Assembly (NCBI RefSeq): GCF_019464535.1
Contig: NZ_CP080507.1
Coordinates: forward strand, 3,480,001 to 3,512,000
Length of the DNA stretch: 32,000 nt
Direction: 5' to 3'
Source of the DNA: Horticoccus luteus
Lineage (GTDB): Bacteria > Verrucomicrobiota > Verrucomicrobiia > Opitutales > Opitutaceae
Part shown: in pieces, positions 18,635-26,271 of the stretch
Numbering within the stretch: the stretch's first letter is position 1
Layout: each line of letters begins with the position of its first letter
Notes under the pieces: model-generated
Seen by the model: the letters and a program-made list of their open reading frames with translations, nothing else
Databases searched by the model: none
What the model was told of the DNA's origin: nothing
Translations under genes and position numbers: made by a program

Positions 18635-19645
18635 TCACCGGCCCCACTGATAACCGATGCCCGCCAGGAACACGTCGGCGTCGCGATTGTAGGTCGTCAC
18701 CACACGATCCCACGTCAGCCGCACCAACCACGGCCCCGTCACCCGCACGCCCATCGTCACCGACACGAGCGGTGAGATCGCCGCGGGATTCGCCGCCCCG
18801 CCCGCCCGCGGATGCTTGCGATCGATATACACATACGGGCCGAGGCCCACGCCGACATTCAACCGGTCCTGAAAAAAATGATTCACCACCCACCCTTGCA
18901 GGGTCAGCCCGCTGCGCCGCGTGATCTCCGGATCGCCTTCGTAAACGAAACCCGCCGTCGCATCGAAATGCGGACTCAACCCCCGCCGGTATTCCGCCGC
19001 CCACGCCCGTGCGGACGGGCTTAGAAACGTGTTCACCACGCTCTGCCCGCCGAAAATCGTCAACTCGTTCGGCGTCGCTTCCTCCGCCTTCTCCGCCGAC
19101 ACCCAGTCCGGCTTCGCCCCGCGCGGCCTGCGCCCCTCCCCGAGCCACACCCCCACGCCCACCGTCGCGGTCGTCAACGCCAGCCCGTGCGCCGGATCCA
19201 CCCGATTCACCAGCACGCGATAAAACACCCGCGGCGAAAAATAGCCCGTGGCCGACACGCTGTAGATCGGCGCCACGCCGTGCTCATCCACGGACCCGCC
19301 CCCCGCGCCCCTTTGGGTGTCGTAATAATAGTCGGCGCCCGCGCCCGCCTCGAGCGCGATCCGTTCGTTAAACAACGGCCACCGCACCCAAAGCTGCGCC
19401 GCGTTGCCATCGCGATGATGGCCCGGCACGTGACCCTCGTTGATGTAGGCGATCGAAGCCGCCCAATGCCGCGCGAAATCCTGCCGGTAATCCACCTGCC
19501 ACGTGCCGCCGAATGGCTTGCCCTCATCGCGCGTGCCCACGCCACCCAGGAACGACAACTCCTGCGCCCGCAAGCCGCCGCTGAAACAGAGCCAGCCGCA
19601 AAGCACCACGCCGCCCCACCCCCAACGTTTGAGCCGAGTATTCAC
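18635..19645 (-). CDS. Secreted, internally duplicated beta-barrel-like (outer-membrane?) protein; start uncertain (GTG 19645 or TTG 19699)
   Basis: A GTG at 19645 gives (M)NTRLKRWGWGGVVLCGWLCFSGGLRAQE, a signal-peptide-like N-terminus. Alternating hydrophobic/aromatic beta-strand pattern. The two halves align to each other (see findings). No catalytic motif recognised. Confidence 0.55.
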   Translation of the reverse strand: MNTRLKRWGWGGVVLCGWLCFSGGLRAQELSFLGGVGTRDEGKPFGGTWQVDYRQDFARHWAASIAYINEGHVPGHHRDGNAAQLWVRWPLFNERIALEAGAGADYYYDTQRGAGGGSVDEHGVAPIYSVSATGYFSPRVFYRVLVNRVDPAHGLALTTATVGVGVWLGEGRRPRGAKPDWVSAEKAEEATPNELTIFGGQSVVNTFLSPSARAWAAEYRRGLSPHFDATAGFVYEGDPEITRRSGLTLQGWVVNHFFQDRLNVGVGLGPYVYIDRKHPRAGGAANPAAISPLVSVTMGVRVTGPWLVRLTWDRVVTTYNRDADVFLAGIGYQWGR

Positions 19646-19965
19646 GCCCGCGACGATAAACCCTTTCCGCCCCGCGTAACATAAGGTCTTCCCGGTCAAA
19701 CGCCCCCGAAATTCCCCCCCGCCGCCGCCGATTCACGACTCCGCCCACTCGCCCTCATCTGGGAGCGCTCTCGGAATCTTACTTCGGCCCGACGACGTTT
19801 CGCCCGCGCCCGCCGTTTTACATAAGCCTGCCCTCTCAGCCCTCCGCCATTCCTCCGCGCTCGACTCCGCCCTTGCCCCGCTATCCGAGCGCCCACAAAA
19901 ACCCCATCGGCCCGCTCCCTCCTCCGTGAACGGGGAATTCTTATTTTCACCCTCGCCGCTTCGCC

Positions 19966-22900
19966 GTGACCCCAACTCCTTCTGCAGGCCATTCAGCTCC
20001 TTCTTCCAACCCGACCTACGAGGAAGTCGCAGAGAAAATTCCCAGCGCCGTCCACGAGCAGGACATCGAAGACCTGTTCATCCAAAAGCTGCGCGACCTC
20101 AAATACACCGACCGTCCCGATATCCACGACCGCGCCTCACTCGAAGCCAACTTCCGCGAAAAGTTCGAGGCCCTCAACCGCGTCCGCCTCACCGACGCCG
20201 AGTTCGCCCGCCTGCTCGAAGAGATCGTCACGCCCGATGTCTTCACCGCCGCCAAGACTCTCCGCCAGATCAACGCCTTCACCCGCGACGACGGCACGCC
20301 GCTCAACTACACCTTGGTCAACATCAAGGACTGGTGCAAAAACACCTTCGAGGTCGTCAACCAGCTCCGCATCAACACCGACTACAGCCACCACCGCTAC
20401 GACATCCTGCTCCTCATCAATGGCGTGCCCTGCGTGCAGATCGAGCTGAAGACCCTTGGCATCCATCCGCGCCGGGCCATGGAGCAGATCGTCGATTACA
20501 AGAACGACCCCGGCAACGGCTACACCAAGACGCTCCTGTGCTTCCTCCAGCTCTTCATCGTCAGCAACCGCGACAGCACCTACTACTTCGCCAACAACAA
20601 CGCCCGCCATTTCTCCTTTAATCAGGACGAGCGTTTCCTGCCCATCTACCAGTTCGCCGACGAGGCCAACAAAAAGATCACCCACCTCGACGACTTCGCC
20701 GCCACCTTCCTGGTGAAATGCACCCTCGGCCACACCATCAGCCGCTACATGGTGCTCATCCAGAGCGAGCAGAAGCTGCTCATGATGCGTCCGTATCAGG
20801 TCTATGCGGTAAAGCACCTCGTCACCTGCATCCAGCAGGACAGCGGCAACGGCTTCATCTGGCACACCACGGGCAGCGGCAAGACCCTCACCTCCTTCAA
20901 GGCCGCCACCCTCCTCAAGGACAATCCCGACCTCGCCAAGTGCCTCTTCGTCGTGGATCGCAAGGACCTCGACCGGCAGACGCGCGAGGAGTTCAACCGC
21001 TTCCAGGAAGGCTGTGTTGAGGAAAACACCAACACCGCCGCCCTCGTGCGCCGCCTGCTTTCCGAGGACTACGCCGACAAGGTCATCGTCACCACCATCC
21101 AGAAGCTCGGCCTCGCCCTCGACGAGACCAGCAAGCGCAACCAGCAGCGGAAAAAGAACGACCAGCCCACCTACAAGGAGATGCTCGCCCCGCTGCGCGA
21201 CCAGCGCATCGCCTTCATCTTCGACGAGTGCCACCGCTCCCAGTTCGGCGAGAACCACCGGGCCATCAAAGAATTCTTCCCCCGCGCCCAGCTCTTCGGC
21301 TTCACCGGCACGCCCATCTTCGAGGAAAACGCCGCCCAGCAGAAGATCGAGGACACCCAGGCCTCCATGAAGACCACGGAAGACCTCTTCCAGAAACGTC
21401 TCCACGCCTACACCATCACCCACGCCATCGAGGATGGAAACGTCCTCCGCTTCCACGTCGATTACTACACCCCGGGAACGCCGACGTCCCCGTCGGCAGG
21501 TTCGAGCTCGGAGCCGACGAGGACGTCGGCGCTCCCAGGCTCGGCGCTCCCAGCCCTCGCCAAACGCGCCGTCATCGAGGCCATCCTCCAAAAACACGAC
21601 ACCGCCACCGGCGGACGCCGCTTCAACGCCCTCCTCGCCACCTCCTCCATCAACGACGCCATCGAATACCACGCGTTGTTCGCCACCCTGCAGGCCGAGA
21701 AACAGAAGGCCGATCCCGATTATAAACCGCTCAATATCGCCTGCGTCTTCTCCCCGCCCGCCGAGGGCGATCCCGATGTGAAGCAGATCCAGGAAGATCT
21801 GCCGCAGGAGCAGGCCGACAACGAGGTCGAGCCCGACCAGAAAAAGGACGCCCTCAAGGCCATCCTCGCCGACTACAACACCCGCTACGGCACCAATCAC
21901 CGCATCTCCGAGTTCGATCTCTACTATCAGGACGTCCAGAAGCGCATCAAAGACCAGCAGTGGCCCAACTCCGACTACCCCGCCGCGCAGAAAATCGACG
22001 TTACCATCGTGGTGGACATGCTGCTCACCGGCTTTGATTCCAAATACCTGAACACGCTCTACGTGGACAAGAACCTCAAGCACCACGGCTTGATCCAGGC
22101 CTTCTCCCGCACCAACCGCGTGCTCAACGCCACCAAGCCCTACGGCAACATCCTCGACTTCCGCCAGCAGCAGGACGCCGTCGATGCCGCCATCGCCCTC
22201 TTCTCCGGCGAAAAGACCGGCCAGCAGGCCCGCGAAATCTGGCTCGTGGACAAGGCCCCCGTGGTCATCGAGAAACTTGCCGCCGCCGTGCAAAAGCTCG
22301 ACGCCTTCATGAAGTCGCAGGGCCTCGACTGCGCGCCCTCCTCCGTCGCCAACCTGAAGGGCGATGCCGCCAAGACAGTTTTTATTGAGCGTTTCAAGGA
22401 AGTCCAGCGGCTCAAAACCCAGCTCGATCAATACACCGACCTGACCGAAGAAAACAAAGCCGCCATCGAGCAGGTGCTGCCGGATGAAAGTCTGCGCGGT
22501 TTTAAAGGCCAGTATCTGGAAACCGCCAAGAAACTCAAAGAGCAGCAGGGCAAAACCACGGGCGGCAAAGCAGACGCCGACGATCCCGTGGCCCAGATCG
22601 ACTTCGAGTTCGTGCTCTTCGCCTCCGCCGTCATTGATTACGACTACATCATGGGCCTCATCGCCAGGTTTGCCGGTCAGACGACTGGCAAAGTTAAGAT
22701 GAGCCGCGACGAACTCGTCGCCCTCATACGCGGCCAGTCCAACCTCATGGATCAAAGCGACGACATCGTCGCTTACATCGACTCGCTCAAAGAGGTCAAA
22801 GGCCTCGGCGAAGACGCCATCCGCGACGGCTACACCCGCTTCAAAGCCGAGAAAGACGCCGCCGAACTCGCCGCCATCGCGCAAAAACACGCCCTCGCCC

Positions 22901-23106
22901 CCGCCGCCCTGCAAACCTTCGTGGACGGCATCCTCACCCGCATGATCTTCGACGGCGAGCACCTGAGCGATCTCATGGCTCCGCTCGACCTCGGCTGGAA
23001 AGCCCGCACCCAGGCCGAACTCGCCCTCATGGCCGACCTGCTCCCCCTCCTCACCAAACGCGCCGGTGGCCGCGACATCTCAGGACTCAGCGCGTATGAG
23101 CAGTAA
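19966..23106 (+). CDS. hsdR: Type I restriction enzyme, R (restriction/translocase) subunit
   Basis: 1046 aa with a GTG start. Walker A / helicase motif I in WHTTGSGKTLTSF, DEAH-type motif II in FIFDECHRSQFG, motif III in FGFTGTP, and later LLTGFDSKYLNTLYVDKNLKHHGLIQAFSRTNR. Confidence 0.93.
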   Translation: MTPTPSAGHSAPSSNPTYEEVAEKIPSAVHEQDIEDLFIQKLRDLKYTDRPDIHDRASLEANFREKFEALNRVRLTDAEFARLLEEIVTPDVFTAAKTLRQINAFTRDDGTPLNYTLVNIKDWCKNTFEVVNQLRINTDYSHHRYDILLLINGVPCVQIELKTLGIHPRRAMEQIVDYKNDPGNGYTKTLLCFLQLFIVSNRDSTYYFANNNARHFSFNQDERFLPIYQFADEANKKITHLDDFAATFLVKCTLGHTISRYMVLIQSEQKLLMMRPYQVYAVKHLVTCIQQDSGNGFIWHTTGSGKTLTSFKAATLLKDNPDLAKCLFVVDRKDLDRQTREEFNRFQEGCVEENTNTAALVRRLLSEDYADKVIVTTIQKLGLALDETSKRNQQRKKNDQPTYKEMLAPLRDQRIAFIFDECHRSQFGENHRAIKEFFPRAQLFGFTGTPIFEENAAQQKIEDTQASMKTTEDLFQKRLHAYTITHAIEDGNVLRFHVDYYTPGTPTSPSAGSSSEPTRTSALPGSALPALAKRAVIEAILQKHDTATGGRRFNALLATSSINDAIEYHALFATLQAEKQKADPDYKPLNIACVFSPPAEGDPDVKQIQEDLPQEQADNEVEPDQKKDALKAILADYNTRYGTNHRISEFDLYYQDVQKRIKDQQWPNSDYPAAQKIDVTIVVDMLLTGFDSKYLNTLYVDKNLKHHGLIQAFSRTNRVLNATKPYGNILDFRQQQDAVDAAIALFSGEKTGQQAREIWLVDKAPVVIEKLAAAVQKLDAFMKSQGLDCAPSSVANLKGDAAKTVFIERFKEVQRLKTQLDQYTDLTEENKAAIEQVLPDESLRGFKGQYLETAKKLKEQQGKTTGGKADADDPVAQIDFEFVLFASAVIDYDYIMGLIARFAGQTTGKVKMSRDELVALIRGQSNLMDQSDDIVAYIDSLKEVKGLGEDAIRDGYTRFKAEKDAAELAAIAQKHALAPAALQTFVDGILTRMIFDGEHLSDLMAPLDLGWKARTQAELALMADLLPLLTKRAGGRDISGLSAYEQ

Positions 23107-24400
23107 GACGAAAACCGCCGCCACACAGAAAGTCGCAACGCCCACGCTGGTTCCGCAGCTGCGGTTTCCCGGATTCAAAGATCCGTGGGTGTATGAGCCG
23201 CTGTCGAAGGTTCTAAAGGAACATAAACTCAAGAACACCGCAGGCCGGGATGTTTTCTCGGTCTCGATGGAATTCGGCATCGTCAACCAAATCGAACTCT
23301 TGGGCCGCAGTTTCGCAGCAGCTGATACTTCGCACTACACTATCGGGCGGCGCTTTGATGTGGTTTACACAAAAAGCCCGTTGAAGGCCTTTCCCTTTGG
23401 CATCGTCAAGCAATGCAAGTTCGACGGGGAGGTCGCCCTCTCTCCTCTTTACGGTGTGTTCACGCCGCCCAACCCGCACCTGGGTTTGATGATCGAGGCC
23501 TATTTTGAATCACCAAATCGGTCGAAGGACTTCCTTTCGCCGCTTTGCCAAAAGGGTGCGAAGAATACACTTCAGATCACAAACACGACCTTCCTGTCTG
23601 GCCGTCTCCCGCTTCCTACGCATCCCGCCGAACAACAAAAAATCGCCGAGTGCCTGAGTTCGGTGGACGAGCTGATCGCCGCGCAAGCGCGGAAACTGGA
23701 CGCGCTCAAGACCCATAAAAAAGGGCTAATGCAGCAGCTTTTCCCCCGCGAAGGCGAAACCCAACCCCGCCTCCGTTTCCCCGAATTCCAAAACGCTGGG
23801 GAGTGGGAGACGCAACCATTTGAGCAGTTTGTAACGAAGTCCTTCTACGGCACGTCCAGTTCAACTTCACCGGCAGGAAGGTATCCGGTCCTCCGCATGG
23901 GAAACATGGTGGACGGCGGCTTGGATTTCACAAACTTGGTCTATCTCGATTTGGATGCCGAATCATTTGAATCGTTCCGATTAGAGAACGGAGATATTCT
24001 TCTCAATAGAACCAATAGTCCTGCGCTGGTCGGAAAGATTTCGCTCTTCCAGCTCAAGTCGGAGTGCATGACTGCCTCCTACATCGTCTCGTATCGCCTG
24101 AACAAAAAGCGAATCGACCCTTCGTTTTGCAACTCGATGCTGAACACGCCGCTGTATCAGTCGCGGATAAGGTCGTTCGCAAAGCCAAGCGTCAGCCAAG
24201 CGAACATCAACCCGACGACTTTCAAAAAGGACTTGATGGTTTCGGTCCCATCGCTCCCCGAACAACAACGCATCGCTGACTGCCTGACCCGCCTCGACGA
24301 CCTCATCGCCGCGCAAACCCAAACGCTCGAAGCCCTCAAGACCCACAAGCAAGGCCTGATGCAGCAGCTGTTCCCTGCGGGGGCAGGAAGTGGGAATTGA
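23096..24400 (+). CDS. hsdS: Type I restriction enzyme, S (specificity) subunit, two TRDs
   Basis: The ATG at 23096 overlaps the hsdR stop by 11 nt, with AGGA about 10 nt upstream. It begins ...LVPQLRFPGFKDPW. Two conserved spacer regions: EQQKIAECLSSVDELIAAQARKLDALKTHKKGLMQQLFP and EQQRIADCLTRLDDLIAAQTQTLEALKTHKQGLMQQLFP. Confidence 0.9.
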   Translation: MSSKTKTAATQKVATPTLVPQLRFPGFKDPWVYEPLSKVLKEHKLKNTAGRDVFSVSMEFGIVNQIELLGRSFAAADTSHYTIGRRFDVVYTKSPLKAFPFGIVKQCKFDGEVALSPLYGVFTPPNPHLGLMIEAYFESPNRSKDFLSPLCQKGAKNTLQITNTTFLSGRLPLPTHPAEQQKIAECLSSVDELIAAQARKLDALKTHKKGLMQQLFPREGETQPRLRFPEFQNAGEWETQPFEQFVTKSFYGTSSSTSPAGRYPVLRMGNMVDGGLDFTNLVYLDLDAESFESFRLENGDILLNRTNSPALVGKISLFQLKSECMTASYIVSYRLNKKRIDPSFCNSMLNTPLYQSRIRSFAKPSVSQANINPTTFKKDLMVSVPSLPEQQRIADCLTRLDDLIAAQTQTLEALKTHKQGLMQQLFPAGAGSGN

Positions 24401-24467
24401 GAAGTGAGAATTGGGAATTGGGGATTTAGAAAAACACAACGCCCCGCCCTCCGTTTTCTCACTTCTC
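24401..24467. repeat. Copy A of the ~60-67 bp repeated element with terminal inverted repeats (left of rhuM)
   Basis: GAAGTGAGAATTGGGAA...TTTAGAAAAA...CCCTCCGTTTTCTCACTTCTC. The arms GAGAAGTGAGAA (24399-24410) and TTCTCACTTCTC (24456-24467) are reverse complements. Further partial copies are GAAGTGGGAATTGA at 24388 and TTCTCACTTCT at 24478. Confidence 0.7.
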
Positions 24468-24487
24468 ACTTCAAAATTCTCACTTCT

Positions 24488-24505
24488 ATAAAATGTTAAT
24501 TTTAT
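24488..24505. promoter_or_regulatory. AT-only palindrome over the rhuM start codon
   Basis: ATAAAAT GTTA ATTTTAT is a perfect 7-bp inverted repeat. The rhuM ATG (24493-24495) lies inside it. Confidence 0.35.
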
Positions 24506-25497
24506 ACACCACCGAAGACGGCAAAAGCCGCATCCAGCTCCGCGCCAAAGACCAAACCGTCTGGCTGAGCCAGCGGGAGATGGCCCAACTCTTTGACGTC
24601 AGCACCGACAATATCGGCCTGCACCTCAAGAACATCTACGAGGACGGCGAACTCGTCCGCGAGGCAACTACCGAGGAATCCTCGGTAGTTCAAATCGAGG
24701 GTGGTCGCGAGGTGCAGCGCCCGGTCGCGCTCTACAATCTCGATGCCATCCTCGCCGTCGGCTATCGCGTCCGTTCCCCGCGCGGTGTCCAGTTCCGCCG
24801 CTGGGCCTCCACCATCCTGAAGGAATACCTGACCAAGGGCTTCGCCATGGACGACGAGCGGCTCAAAAATCCCGACGGCCGCCCGGACCACTTCGACGAG
24901 ATGCTCGCGCGCATCCGCGACATCCGCGCCTCGGAAAAGCGGTTTTACCAAAAAGTCCGCGATCTCTTCACCCTCTGCACCGACTACGACAAGACCGACC
25001 GCACCACCCAGCAGTTTTTCGCCACCGTCCAAAACGTCCTGCTCTACGCCGTCACCCGGCAAACTGCGGCGGAGCTCATCACCGCACGGGCGAATCCCGC
25101 CGATCCCCATTTCGGCCTGCTCGCCTGGAAGGGCGACCAAGTGCGTAAGGCGGACATCGTCGTGGCCAAGAACTACCTGACCGAGGACGAAATCGACACC
25201 CTGAACCGCCTCGTCGTCATCTTCCTGGAAACCGCCGAACTGCGGGCCAAGAACAAGCAGGAGACGCGCATGAGTTTCTGGAAACAGAACGTGGACCAGA
25301 TCATCACCTCCAACGGTTTTCCGCTTCTCACCCACACGGGGTCCATCAGCCACGAGCAGATGGAAGCGCACACCGGCGAGCTTTACCTCAGGTTCGATCA
25401 AGACCGCAAAAAGCAGGAGGCCATCGAAGCCGACCAGCAAGACGAGGCCGAACTCAAAGCGCTGGAAACCAAGATTAAACGCCGGGAAAAGAAGTGA
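24493..25497 (+). CDS. rhuM: RhuM family (Virulence_RhuM) protein
   Basis: 334 aa. The N-terminus MLILYTTEDGKSRIQLRAKDQTVWLSQREMAQLFDVSTDNIGLHLKNIYEDGEL and downstream NLDAILAVGYRVRSPRGVQFRRWASTILKEYLTKGF...IRASEKRFYQKVRDLF are hallmark RhuM sequences. Confidence 0.88.
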   Translation: MLILYTTEDGKSRIQLRAKDQTVWLSQREMAQLFDVSTDNIGLHLKNIYEDGELVREATTEESSVVQIEGGREVQRPVALYNLDAILAVGYRVRSPRGVQFRRWASTILKEYLTKGFAMDDERLKNPDGRPDHFDEMLARIRDIRASEKRFYQKVRDLFTLCTDYDKTDRTTQQFFATVQNVLLYAVTRQTAAELITARANPADPHFGLLAWKGDQVRKADIVVAKNYLTEDEIDTLNRLVVIFLETAELRAKNKQETRMSFWKQNVDQIITSNGFPLLTHTGSISHEQMEAHTGELYLRFDQDRKKQEAIEADQQDEAELKALETKIKRREKK

Positions 25498-25549
25498 GAA
25501 TTGGGAATTTAGAAAAAGAGCCACCTCCAACCCTCCGTTTTTCTCACTT
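25491..25549. repeat. Copy B of the repeated element (right of rhuM, upstream of vapB)
   Basis: GAAGTGAGAATTGGGAATTTAGAAAAAGAGCCACCTCCAACCCTCCGTTTTTCTCACTT. The first 17 nt, the TTTAGAAAAA block and CCCTCCGTTTT(T)CTCACTT match copy A. The arms AAGTGAGAA and TTCTCACTT are reverse complements. The rhuM stop codon lies in the left arm. Confidence 0.7.
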
Positions 25550-25570
25550 GAAACTTCCCTTCGGAGCACT

Positions 25571-25596
25571 TTCGCATAAAAATGCTTTTATGCGAA
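25571..25596. promoter_or_regulatory. Perfect 11-bp inverted repeat over the vapB start codon (candidate TA operator)
   Basis: TTCGCATAAAA ATGC TTTTATGCGAA. The right arm contains the vapB ATG (25590-25592). Confidence 0.45.
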
Positions 25597-25850
25597 CCAC
25601 CCTTGATCTGCCCGATCCGCTTTTTCGTGAACTCAAGGCCCGGTCCGCCCTGCGCGGTGTGCTGCTCAAGGACTTCGTCGCCGAAATCCTCCAGACCGGC
25701 CTCGCCCAGACCGCCGCCGCCCAAGCCGAAGCCCGCCCCCGCAGCCCCTTGCCCGTAATCCGCAAGGCCACGGGCGTCGCCCACCCCGCCCTTTCCAACC
25801 GCGAAATCGACGCCCTGCTCGTCGCCGAGGATGCCCATGGCGGCAATTGA
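25590..25850 (+). CDS. vapB: VapB-type antitoxin
   Basis: The track ORF is trimmed to the ATG at 25590. That gives 86 aa starting MRTTLDLPDPLFRELKARSALRGVLLKDFVAEILQTGL, a typical antitoxin N-terminus. It sits immediately upstream of, and overlaps, a PIN gene. Confidence 0.75.
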   Translation: MRTTLDLPDPLFRELKARSALRGVLLKDFVAEILQTGLAQTAAAQAEARPRSPLPVIRKATGVAHPALSNREIDALLVAEDAHGGN

Positions 25851-26271
25851 CGTTCCCGACCTCAACCTCTGGCTCGCTCTCATCGACCCGGACCACGCGC
25901 ACCACGTCCGCGCCCGCCGCTACTGGGAACACGAAGCCGCCGCCGAAATCGCCTTTTGCCGCGTGACCATGCTCGGCCTGCTCCGCCTGCTCACCAACTC
26001 GCGGGTGATGCACGGAGCGCCTTTCACCCCCGTCGAGGCGTGGGATGCTTACCAAGCCTTCACCGTCCTGCCCGAGGTCTGTTTCGCCGAAGATTCCCTC
26101 GCCGCCGAAAAACGCTTCGAACTTTGGAGCCGCATCCCGGATTTTCCCGCCCACCGTTGGACGGACGCTTGGATCGCCGCGCTCGCCTCGTCTGCCGGTG
26201 CCCGCGTCGTCTCCTTCGACTCGGATTTCACCACCTTCCCCGATCTCGATCTGCTCCATCTGCGCCCATGA
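25837..26271 (+). CDS. vapC: PIN-domain toxin (VapC family ribonuclease)
   Basis: MAAIDVPDLNLWLALIDPDHAHH...TDAWIAALASSAGARVVSFDSDFTTFPDLDLL shows conserved acidic positions typical of PIN. The ATG at 25837 has GAGG 6 nt upstream. An alternative ATG is at 25831. The gene overlaps the vapB 3' end. Confidence 0.85.
   Translation: MAAIDVPDLNLWLALIDPDHAHHVRARRYWEHEAAAEIAFCRVTMLGLLRLLTNSRVMHGAPFTPVEAWDAYQAFTVLPEVCFAEDSLAAEKRFELWSRIPDFPAHRWTDAWIAALASSAGARVVSFDSDFTTFPDLDLLHLRP

Noticed and set aside
19925-19950. GGGGAATTCTTATTTTCAC upstream of hsdR as a third copy of the GAAGTGAGAATTGGGAATT element
   Set aside because: Only the GGGAATT core matches. The remainder does not align in either orientation.
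20137-22962. 941-aa minus-strand ORF antisense to hsdR
   Set aside because: G/V/E/D-rich with no motifs. hsdR helicase motifs on the plus strand are unambiguous. I considered an antisense-encoded protein in a defence gene, but the composition argues for a codon-bias artefact.
24486-24491. TATAAA as a -10 promoter box for rhuM
   Set aside because: It ends 1 nt before the ATG, so a transcript starting downstream of it would lack the start codon. It is better interpreted as part of the palindrome.
24401-25549. Idea that the repeats flanking rhuM are integron attC sites
   Set aside because: I found no RYYYAAC / GTTRRRY core sites at the element ends. There is no intI integrase and no attI in the window.
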